Source: a virus (lineage: Duplodnaviria > Caudoviricetes). Taken from it: a stretch of 25,887 bases of DNA. The stretch lies in IMG/VR virus record IMGVR_UViG_3300023172_000172, positions 1 through 25,887 of that record. One strand, given 5' to 3'. Positions 16,925 through 25,185 of this stretch are shown here, one piece after another. A program made the translations under genes and the position numbers. The notes beneath the pieces were generated by a model that worked only from the letters and a program-made list of their open reading frames with translations, was not told the origin of the DNA and did not search any database. Numbering within the stretch: position 1 is the first letter of the stretch; the number at the start of each line of letters is the position of its first letter.

Positions 16925-17844
16925 TTGACTATTTGCTTGACAACAATTCTACCCTTTGAATAATTTCCCTCTCCCAAACTTACAGACTGTTCTTGTATTT
17001 TTCCTTCGCATTGAAATTTTGCAATTCTATTTCCATTCATGCTATATAAATATGCCGCAATGGAAGAGTTTCTATTAAGCTCTACTGGACGCGCATTTCC
17101 TCCATGATATTCGCCGTATTGACTTAGCTTTTGAGCTATATCATTTGCCTCAATCATCATTTCAACTTCTATATTTTCCACAGAAACTCTGTGAGGAGCA
17201 ACGCCATTCGCATTAGTAGACAATGATGTATGCTCGGAGTCTCTAATATGATTGTGGACTTTCCTACTCACTGTTATACTATAATCCATTTGAGAAACTT
17301 CAAATTGCCTACCATTAACGGCAGACATTTCCGTGTTGCTCGCTTTTACTTTTCCAAAAGATTTTAATCCGTGAGCAGGGTCAATACTTAATTCTTGAAA
17401 TCTTCGATCTACTGTTTTTAATATTGTACCATATATATCATATGTTGCATTTGCTTGTATTACTCGATAAGGAGCCAAGCTAAAACTAAAACTTGTAAGA
17501 TACATATTATTAAAAAAATATCTACCAACAATATTTCCATGAATAGGATCTTCGCCCATTCCATCTCTTATATCGAACAATTTATCAATTGCATTTGCTC
17601 CATTACTATACCCAAAAAGCTCATCAGTGATCATAAACGAAATATCTAGTCTTCCCTTCAATCCATCTAGGGGAGCAAAATGAATAAATTCTGTTTTTGC
17701 GCCGACTATATTCTTATCAACATCACCATACACTCTTTCTGGCTCGAGCGTTGGAGAAATAGATAAATTTGCAGACTGAACCATAAGATCTTTATTACCT
17801 AAAGATACCTTACCATCTTCAAATCTTAAATACGGCTTACTCAT
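16921..17844 (-). CDS. Putative tail structural protein (tail tube/baseplate-proximal fold, probably two domains)
   Basis: Lies between the TMP and Dit genes with ATGA coupling at both ends. It is beta-rich with tube-like patterns (NLSISPTLEPERVYG; YLTSFSFSLAPYRVIQANATYDIYG). Confidence 0.5.
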   Translation of the reverse strand: MSKPYLRFEDGKVSLGNKDLMVQSANLSISPTLEPERVYGDVDKNIVGAKTEFIHFAPLDGLKGRLDISFMITDELFGYSNGANAIDKLFDIRDGMGEDPIHGNIVGRYFFNNMYLTSFSFSLAPYRVIQANATYDIYGTILKTVDRRFQELSIDPAHGLKSFGKVKASNTEMSAVNGRQFEVSQMDYSITVSRKVHNHIRDSEHTSLSTNANGVAPHRVSVENIEVEMMIEANDIAQKLSQYGEYHGGNARPVELNRNSSIAAYLYSMNGNRIAKFQCEGKIQEQSVSLGEGNYSKGRIVVKQIVK

Positions 17845-18722
17845 GACACAGGATTATGCAAGGTTTCATAACCTTTATATGTTAAAGATATAGTCATTTC
17901 TCCATCAATTGAAGAATTTATACTTTCACTTATTAATCTAACATTTGAACCAGTAAATGCATTGATCATTTCATTTGTTTTACTATCTCTGATTTCTATT
18001 TTTACATTGCTTTTTGGCGCTGCTTGTATTCTGTCTTTAATTTCTCTTACTTCATATTCATCAACAATCATCGTAAAATTAATATCAGTTTCTATAGGAT
18101 ATTGAGTATCTACCTGAACTGGCTCAAGGTTTTTCATATCAATATTAAGTGTTTGCGTAAAATCGACTTCGTCTGCTTGATGAATTGCATATACAGGCTC
18201 AAGATTTAATCTTCTACTATAAGAAAAATCACTTATTGCATCAGCAGTAAAATCATCAACTGATACAGATATACTAGATTGATCAGGAAATTGTATATCT
18301 GGATGATTGATTGTAGCAGGTTCAATTAATACGCCACTACCAAGTTCACCATATACAGTTAGATCAGTTTCTATATCAGGAATATCTCCAACCGAACAAC
18401 TTACAGAATATTGAGACATTCTTGCTTTTGTAAATCCAAAACCTTTTGATCCATTATCATAAAGTATTGCGCCACTAATTTCATTTTCGTCGTATAAAAA
18501 TTTTCCTCCAGGACTCAACGGAAGCAATGGATCTCGACTAACCATCTTTCTAGAGATTCTAAAATTTCCTTGCAGAGGAGCGTCAGGAAAAGCGTCTATA
18601 AATCCGACACCAGCCACCTTTATTGGGGTTTCAGTTATTGAATAACTTCCCTCTACATTTGTTACTCCTGACAGCGCAACAGAATTAACAATAACGGTTT
18701 GTTCATAATTTGAGTAGCTCAT
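17841..18722 (-). CDS. Putative tail structural protein (tail tube-like fold, probably two domains)
   Basis: Starts 1 nt after the TMP stop codon. LSGVTNVEGSYSITETPIKVAG and AISDFSYSRRLNLEPVYAI resemble repeated tube-fold N-terminal hairpins, and SQYSVSCSVGDIPDIETDLTVYG resembles the neighbouring gene. Confidence 0.5.
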   Translation of the reverse strand: MSYSNYEQTVIVNSVALSGVTNVEGSYSITETPIKVAGVGFIDAFPDAPLQGNFRISRKMVSRDPLLPLSPGGKFLYDENEISGAILYDNGSKGFGFTKARMSQYSVSCSVGDIPDIETDLTVYGELGSGVLIEPATINHPDIQFPDQSSISVSVDDFTADAISDFSYSRRLNLEPVYAIHQADEVDFTQTLNIDMKNLEPVQVDTQYPIETDINFTMIVDEYEVREIKDRIQAAPKSNVKIEIRDSKTNEMINAFTGSNVRLISESINSSIDGEMTISLTYKGYETLHNPVS

Positions 18723-18723
18723 T

Positions 18724-21700
18724 TTACTCGCTTAGTAATCCGCCAGGTCTTTGTTCTTCAATTATAACCGCAACTACTTGCGCCTTGACTTTTTCTGCCA
18801 ATTGATTTTCTCTGGATTGATTCTCTGATGCATCTTTTGGATTTTGCCCTGAATTTTGACCGCTAGAATCTTTAGACTGTCCGCCAGATCGATCAACGTT
18901 AATTGATATATTAATATTATTTGTATTACCCGAAGAAGTTGTTGATTCGGATTGTTCTTTGAGCGGGGTAACCGCGCCACCTTGGTTAAATTTTCCTAAA
19001 TTTATTGAATCAAGCAAGGGTTTACCTAATTGACGAGCGCTACTTGCACGAATAACATATTCTCCCTCGCTGAGCATTGCCGGAATCTGGTCGATACCAG
19101 ATTTTCCAGAAATGTATCCACCGCTAGCATATTTATGAATTGGGCCGCCCCTATATCTGCCACTCAAGAATTTGCTAAAATACGAAGAAGCGTCCAAATT
19201 TTCAGCGGCCAATAAATGAGCATTTTTCGAGAAAAAAGAATCTTGAGAAACATCAATTCTTGCAGCTTTATTCATTCCAGACGCCCCTACGGAGTCAGCA
19301 ATCATTGCTTTTTTCGACATAAAATCACCAAACTTGTCAGCCCCAGCGGCTAATCCAAAACTAAGTGCTGTGCCCAAAATCATTTGCATTAAAGATCTCT
19401 TTTTGGCTTTTTTCTCGGCGGCCTTTCTCATTCTTTCCTGAATAATCCCGCGAGTATATTGAGCATCTTCTTGAAGTCCGACATTTCCAGCTTGGCCACT
19501 ATAGAAAAATCCAGACATTGCTTCCGATTGATATCTTCTTCCTGTAGCATATCCTTCGGCTCCTCCAAAATTTGCGGCAAGCGCGGAACCAGGCTTTCCT
19601 CCGTTTGAGTAACCAGGAATTTTTCCTCCGGCATTTAAAGAATGCATGAATCCACCACCGTATTTCTTTACTGCGTTTCGACTCATGACATATTCTCCAT
19701 TAGAAACCATTGCAGGAACTTGACCTCCTCGAGAAAATCCTATAGCGCCTACAATATCCCCCGCGGCTTTTTGAAGCATTGCACTTTGTATTGCCTGAAG
19801 AAAGTTTATTGCGATATTTCTCAAAACATCTCCCATGTCTTCAGCCCCATTTATACCAGCCTGCATAGCCTCTGCGAGACCATCTCTTAATTTCAATGGT
19901 AATTGTTCGCCTAATTGATAATCAATGGCGTCAGTTTGTTCTCTAACTTTTTTAAATCCATCTGCAATCCCACCGCCAAAGGTTTCGTGAGCTCTGCGAT
20001 TAGCGATTCTTTGTTTTTCTAAATTTATTAAGGTTTGTACGTTTGATATTTGTTTTTCGTATTCTGCAGTTATATTCGCTGATTGTTGTGCTAGTTCGTC
20101 CCGCCGCTCCTTATCTTTTCCTGTTGTGCCAACAATCTTTGCGTACTCTTCTGCTATTTTATTTTGTTTCTCAAGCAGCTCCTCGTTTAGGGCTTGTATT
20201 TTTAATTCTGCTTGAATATCTTTTTCCATTAATTGAAAATCTTCTCTTTCTCTGGCTGTTTGATACCCAGGGCCCTGAGCAGTCAATCTCTGCGCCGAAC
20301 CCAGCTCGTAATCTAACTCTCTCATTCTTCGGGCAGATCGAGCTGCTTCTGCACCCATTCGATGGTCTCTTTGCAATTGATTGAGTGCATCAGCCCTTTG
20401 CGCAAGAGTTAGACTTATGCCGTCTTCTGCTTTCTGTGTCGCTTCGGCATTTTCCTTTTGTTTTATTGCAAGATCTATAAGATTTTGTCTTTTTTCCCTT
20501 TCCTGATCTAATAACCTATTTAGAATTTTTTGTATTTCACTATTATCCTTTGCCTCCGTAATCATTTCATCAAGCGTATCTATTAACTTTTGCGTGTCCA
20601 TTTCTAACACTTTATTAGAGACATTCTGAAGAGCTCCTTCCCCTTCTTCCCCAAACTTTGTTTTAAACAATCTTTGAACCTCTGGATTTTCTTTTATTTG
20701 ACTTAATAACCCGAGTCTAAGTCCTTCGTCCGCAGAACCCACATTTAAGGCATATTTTTTATTTATTTCTGCTGCTGCAATTTGACCTCGCTTTGTAGCC
20801 TTTTGGGCTTCAGTCATGGATTCCGGAGAAGTTTTAAGTTGTTTTTTTAAGTTATCTATTTTTTCATCTTCGAGTTTAGCTATTTCCAATTGATTCATTG
20901 CGGCGCGTTGCTGTGCTATTTGCATTACTTTTGCCATATCCAGCTCAACGATATAGCCTTTTCTTTTTTCCGTAAGGGCATTTACTTCTTGCTCTGCTAG
21001 TTTTAATATATCTTTGTATGCTTTTGCGATTGCCGTAGGGGTTGCTTTATCGATTTGTGTTTTTAGTTCGGCCGGAGAAAAGTAAGCTTCCGTACCCGCT
21101 TCGATTTTAGCTCCAGCTTCAGTGAAAGTGTCCGACATCGCGGGTGCATAAATCTTTTTGTCTTGAGGTAACATATCCAATGCATCTCTTAAAGCCTGAG
21201 GCCTAAGTTTTGTACCCATTTGAGCTAAGATTTGATCTTCAATTCTTTTTTTGATATCCTTTTCTGGTCTTACTCTATATCCGCCGCCAACCTCTTTCAA
21301 AATATGTTTCTTCAAGCCCGCTTGGCCAACAATACTACCTCCTACGTTACTTTCTTTCAATAATTGCTGCAGGCGCTCAGCTGTATATTGAGCTGCTTCA
21401 GAGCGCTTTTTTGGATCTCCTCCCATATACTTGTCGCTCTCCAATATTCCCGACTGTTTAATCAAGTCGCCTACATTGATTCCTGACTGCTCGAGTAGTC
21501 TACTTTTAAATTCTGCTCCTGCAGCAGTGTTTGGTTTTAAATCCAAACCAAATCCGTCTCTAGTTGTTAGCCTATTAAAATCCTCTATACCTTCAAAAAC
21601 CAAGGATCTTTGTTGCAGTCGGCCACTTTGACCCTTAAGTGGGTCAAAGGCAATCTGCCTATTTTGATCAAAATACCCCGAATTTTTAAAAGCCTGCGCC

Positions 21701-24700
21701 GTTGATTGGGCAAATTTAGATCCCACTTGAGCAGATTCTTCTCTAGCAGCCTTTGCAGATTCTTTTAGCGCTTTTGTATTTTCTTCGGTTGCGGTTTGCC
21801 AACCCATAAAAGCTCCAGCTAGTCCGCCAACAACGGTTCCTATTGGGCCGAGAAATGATCCCATCATGGCTCCAGTTGAAGCTTGAGTGAATGCGCTCCC
21901 AGCAGCATACATAGTTTGATTACCTCCTTGGGCACCCACGCCACCCGCATACTGTTGTATCATTCCACCGATCATTGGTAATCCAATCATCGCCATTGTA
22001 CCCATGCCCGAAAATCTTCCCCGCGCTGCAGCACCGCGTGCTTGACTTGTAGCCACAACTTCTTTTTGCTTTGCTTCAATTAGCTTTTGTTGTGTGTCAT
22101 TTAAAGCTAGCTGCAACTGAGTACCCCTCCTTGCCGCGGAGCGGTTAAGCCTTCCCTGGGCGTTAGCCTCGACCATTATTCTATTATTTGTTTCTATTAC
22201 CCTTTGAAGCTTTTTTTCTCGATCCGTATTGATTTTTACTTGTTTTGCTGCCTCGTCTCTTGCTTCTATATATTTATCTCGCTGACCTTGATCCGCTCGA
22301 AAACCCGCCATCCAATCCTTGATAGCGTAATTTGGCACATATCCATTTGCACCAAATACATCGCGCAAGCCGTTCGGTTCGTCTTTTGTATTGGTTACGC
22401 CGAGGCCGAGTGGATTACCTCTACTCATTAATGCATTATGAGAACCAACTCTAATTTGCGAAACAGGAACTCCAGCTGCTTTTTCGCGGCCTATTGCATC
22501 GCTTAGTGGATCGGCAAAGTTGGGAATATAACCATCAGCCATTAAAACAGCCTGATTACCTTTTCCCACGCCAAGTCTAATAGCATTTCTTCCGGTCAAC
22601 TGCTGAGCGGTCTTTAGTTTGGGGGCGCTGCCTCTCGCGCCTCTATAAATTATCTCCTTGGCAATTTTAGCAGACATAGACGCCTGAAGCTCCCTGCCGT
22701 CAGATACTTTATAATCTGCTCGAGGAGCCATGGGTCCATATAATTTTTTTAACTCAGGCGTAGCCATTCTTACATCAAAATCGCCGCCCATATAATCTCG
22801 TTCAGTAGATTCGGTTTTTAGTCTTCTAGATAGAGCTTCTTCAAAAACTGCTCCATACAATCCACTGATTGCTCCCTTAGCTCCACTCCTACCCCCTTTA
22901 GGTCCCAGAAATTCTTTTACAATTTGCGCTCCTGCAGCGTCCGGAATTTTCGCTATATCATTACCTAGATTTAATTGATTAGCAACTTTTACAGTCTGAC
23001 TACCAATAACGTCACCAAGCTCGGCTAAGGCTTGAGGGACGACTCGGCCTTCACTATCTTTTGCGGACTTAGTATACCCGCCTCGTTTTACCCCCAACAT
23101 ATTAAACAAAATATTTTTATTTATCTTTTGGCCAAACACAGGCTTACCACCTTTAGCGGAAGGAGCAACACCTTTTCCTCCACCTGATAATTTTTTACCA
23201 AACCCCTCAAAAGGAATAAGCATTGTTGCTATATGTCGAGCGTCGATTGTTTCAGGATTAAAATTAGGAATATAACCACTTCCCGCATACGGATCAAATC
23301 CATGAACACTTCCAAATGCTTTTTGATAATTCTTGCCCGCCTTGCTAGACAGCGGAGGCATAATTGCAGGCTGAGTAAATCCTGCAAAATTCTTGACTTT
23401 TTCCGAGCTATTATATATTACCGAGCCTTCACCAGGCATATTCATTGATCGAATATTTCCTGCGGCATATCCTCCCTTTGCTGCTTGCGCTCGTTCGGGA
23501 TGTGCAAAATTTGGTATATGACCTGTTGCTCGACCACGCCTTGGAGTCAGAGAGGCTCCGTATCCCTTTGAATAAAGAGTGCTTGCTGTTCTTTTTGCAA
23601 TAGAATCAAGCATTTGAGCTTCGACCACCTGAGCTTGCAATAAACTTAAAATTATTTTTTCTTTTTCTGTTCGAGAAATATCAGTTCTTAACATTTCTTT
23701 ACTTAGTGCAGAATTTTGTCCAAACAAATTAACCAAAGATGTTTGAATCGCTTTTTGCTTTTGAGCCTCGCTAGTTACGCCTATAAGAGATGTTAAACTT
23801 TCTTTTGCGAATTGAGCTGCTTTTAAAAACAATTTTCCAAAAACCACAGTAAGTACAACCAAGCCTGGCCCAGTTATAATATTACCCAAACCCTTTAAAA
23901 ATCCGTTTGCAAACTTACCCCCAGCACTTTCTCCATCTCCAAGCATTGCGCTTGCACCTTCTGCAATAGATTTTACTGTATTTAGTATTTTTTCCATTCC
24001 AGGGGCAAGCATAATTTCTCCAATTTGCGCAGAAACATCTTTTAATGCTAACCCTGTTTCAGTTGCCATTGCGGACATTGTACCCCTTAGTTGCTCATTT
24101 TTTTGAATGGCTTCATTTGTTGCGCTAGAAGAAATTTGTGTGGCGTTTGCAAGTATACCATTCTGTTTTGCGGCGTCACTCAGAACGGCCTTTAAAATAT
24201 TGATTTGGAAAACTCCACCAACTGTTTGCGCGATTTGAGCCTGTTGCGCAGCAGATAAGCCGTCGAATGAATTTGCGAGATCAGTTAAAATTCTTTTAGC
24301 GCCTAAAGTATTTCCCTCCAAGTCTCTTACTGCAATACCTAAATTTTCTAATTGATTCAAAGTATCGGTACGACCTATTCTTGTAAAAATTGTCTTGAAT
24401 GAGTTACCAATAACCTTTCCGCCTCGAGCAGTTTGTTGTTGGGCCGCAGTCACCAAACCTATCAATTCATCAATACTTACCCCCGCACTTTTTGCGGCTT
24501 GACCAGTTCGAGCAATAGCATCAGCGAAGTCTTCTGCGCTTACCGCAAATTGAACGTCAACTGCGGCAAATTTACTAACCAATTGAGTAGTATCTTTAAT
24601 TTGGTTACCGTATGTATTCATGGCGGCCGTTAAAGCTTTAACTGCCTCAGCCGAATCCATGCCGGTCAATCGAGTAAGAATCAATGCGTCACGAGTTCTT

Positions 24701-25146
24701 TTTAAAGACTGCTCTACAGATAAACCTTGACGAGCATATTCTGTTGCGGCTTGTGCGGCAACATTAAAAGCCGCCCCAGTTTCTTTTGCAACATTAAACA
24801 GGCCATCGCTAAACTTGTCCAAATTTTGTGCGCTTAAATTCATGACAACATTAATGTCAGCCATCGCTTTTTCAACTTCTATCGCATTTCTAGCAACCGC
24901 TTTGAATGCATCTGCGATACCATTAATTATTGCCATACTTGCACCGAACGCAATAATACGAGCATTCGCAGCTTCCATAGATTTGCTGAATTCGTCAGCA
25001 CTGCGCTTCATGTTACCCAAAGGCTGAGTAGCGCCCTTGTCGTCAACCGTAATTTTTATTGGTTGTCGCCTAATTCTGTTTACAGCAGCCTGTACAGCCG
25101 CCTCAAGCGGTTGGGTATTACCTGATACGTTAAGATTTATAGCCAT
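18724..25146 (-). CDS. Tail tape measure protein (TP901-family core) with internal motif-delimited modules
   Basis: A long Ala/Gln/Lys-rich helical protein with a TP901 core (EYARQG, ALILTRLTG, FAAVD..FAVSAEDFADAI.RTG..AK.AGVS.DELIGLVTA....T.RGG..IGNSFKTIF.RI), a glycine-zipper hydrophobic segment, coiled coils and C-terminal [FY].xGG...PAM.S.GEYV motifs. It lies upstream of the tail tip genes. Confidence 0.95.
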   Translation of the reverse strand: MAINLNVSGNTQPLEAAVQAAVNRIRRQPIKITVDDKGATQPLGNMKRSADEFSKSMEAANARIIAFGASMAIINGIADAFKAVARNAIEVEKAMADINVVMNLSAQNLDKFSDGLFNVAKETGAAFNVAAQAATEYARQGLSVEQSLKRTRDALILTRLTGMDSAEAVKALTAAMNTYGNQIKDTTQLVSKFAAVDVQFAVSAEDFADAIARTGQAAKSAGVSIDELIGLVTAAQQQTARGGKVIGNSFKTIFTRIGRTDTLNQLENLGIAVRDLEGNTLGAKRILTDLANSFDGLSAAQQAQIAQTVGGVFQINILKAVLSDAAKQNGILANATQISSSATNEAIQKNEQLRGTMSAMATETGLALKDVSAQIGEIMLAPGMEKILNTVKSIAEGASAMLGDGESAGGKFANGFLKGLGNIITGPGLVVLTVVFGKLFLKAAQFAKESLTSLIGVTSEAQKQKAIQTSLVNLFGQNSALSKEMLRTDISRTEKEKIILSLLQAQVVEAQMLDSIAKRTASTLYSKGYGASLTPRRGRATGHIPNFAHPERAQAAKGGYAAGNIRSMNMPGEGSVIYNSSEKVKNFAGFTQPAIMPPLSSKAGKNYQKAFGSVHGFDPYAGSGYIPNFNPETIDARHIATMLIPFEGFGKKLSGGGKGVAPSAKGGKPVFGQKINKNILFNMLGVKRGGYTKSAKDSEGRVVPQALAELGDVIGSQTVKVANQLNLGNDIAKIPDAAGAQIVKEFLGPKGGRSGAKGAISGLYGAVFEEALSRRLKTESTERDYMGGDFDVRMATPELKKLYGPMAPRADYKVSDGRELQASMSAKIAKEIIYRGARGSAPKLKTAQQLTGRNAIRLGVGKGNQAVLMADGYIPNFADPLSDAIGREKAAGVPVSQIRVGSHNALMSRGNPLGLGVTNTKDEPNGLRDVFGANGYVPNYAIKDWMAGFRADQGQRDKYIEARDEAAKQVKINTDREKKLQRVIETNNRIMVEANAQGRLNRSAARRGTQLQLALNDTQQKLIEAKQKEVVATSQARGAAARGRFSGMGTMAMIGLPMIGGMIQQYAGGVGAQGGNQTMYAAGSAFTQASTGAMMGSFLGPIGTVVGGLAGAFMGWQTATEENTKALKESAKAAREESAQVGSKFAQSTAQAFKNSGYFDQNRQIAFDPLKGQSGRLQQRSLVFEGIEDFNRLTTRDGFGLDLKPNTAAGAEFKSRLLEQSGINVGDLIKQSGILESDKYMGGDPKKRSEAAQYTAERLQQLLKESNVGGSIVGQAGLKKHILKEVGGGYRVRPEKDIKKRIEDQILAQMGTKLRPQALRDALDMLPQDKKIYAPAMSDTFTEAGAKIEAGTEAYFSPAELKTQIDKATPTAIAKAYKDILKLAEQEVNALTEKRKGYIVELDMAKVMQIAQQRAAMNQLEIAKLEDEKIDNLKKQLKTSPESMTEAQKATKRGQIAAAEINKKYALNVGSADEGLRLGLLSQIKENPEVQRLFKTKFGEEGEGALQNVSNKVLEMDTQKLIDTLDEMITEAKDNSEIQKILNRLLDQEREKRQNLIDLAIKQKENAEATQKAEDGISLTLAQRADALNQLQRDHRMGAEAARSARRMRELDYELGSAQRLTAQGPGYQTAREREDFQLMEKDIQAELKIQALNEELLEKQNKIAEEYAKIVGTTGKDKERRDELAQQSANITAEYEKQISNVQTLINLEKQRIANRRAHETFGGGIADGFKKVREQTDAIDYQLGEQLPLKLRDGLAEAMQAGINGAEDMGDVLRNIAINFLQAIQSAMLQKAAGDIVGAIGFSRGGQVPAMVSNGEYVMSRNAVKKYGGGFMHSLNAGGKIPGYSNGGKPGSALAANFGGAEGYATGRRYQSEAMSGFFYSGQAGNVGLQEDAQYTRGIIQERMRKAAEKKAKKRSLMQMILGTALSFGLAAGADKFGDFMSKKAMIADSVGASGMNKAARIDVSQDSFFSKNAHLLAAENLDASSYFSKFLSGRYRGGPIHKYASGGYISGKSGIDQIPAMLSEGEYVIRASSARQLGKPLLDSINLGKFNQGGAVTPLKEQSESTTSSGNTNNINISINVDRSGGQSKDSSGQNSGQNPKDASENQSRENQLAEKVKAQVVAVIIEEQRPGGLLSE
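22327..23523 (-). repeat. Four dispersed protein-level repeats G[HY][IV]PN[FY] within the TMP
   Basis: GHIPNF 23506-23523, GYIPNF 23260-23277, GYIPNF 22516-22533 and GYVPNY 22327-22344. The codons differ, so the conservation is at protein level. Confidence 0.9.
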
Positions 25147-25147
25147 T

Positions 25148-25180
25148 TTACCTTATTCCTTTGATAAGGTAATTATACAC
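25148..25180 (-). promoter_or_regulatory. GTGTATAAT promoter-like element followed by a 9-bp stem-loop covering the TMP ribosome-binding site
   Basis: The minus strand reads GTGTATAA-TTACCTTAT-CAAAGGA-ATAAGGTAA-A-ATG. The arms at 25164-25172 and 25148-25156 are perfect reverse complements. Confidence 0.6.
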
Positions 25181-25185
25181 TAAAA

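Noticed and set aside
22534-23259. Intein or homing endonuclease as the explanation for the TMP insert (and for the gpJ insert at 10982-11404)
   Set aside because: There is no N-terminal Cys/Ser block, no His-Asn-(Cys/Ser/Thr) end, and no LAGLIDADG, HNH or GIY-YIG motif.
1654-25027. The many 60-115 aa ORFs on the + strand or in alternative frames of the ORF track
   Set aside because: They lie within or antisense to long, motif-supported genes, have no recognisable motifs, and look like shadow ORFs.
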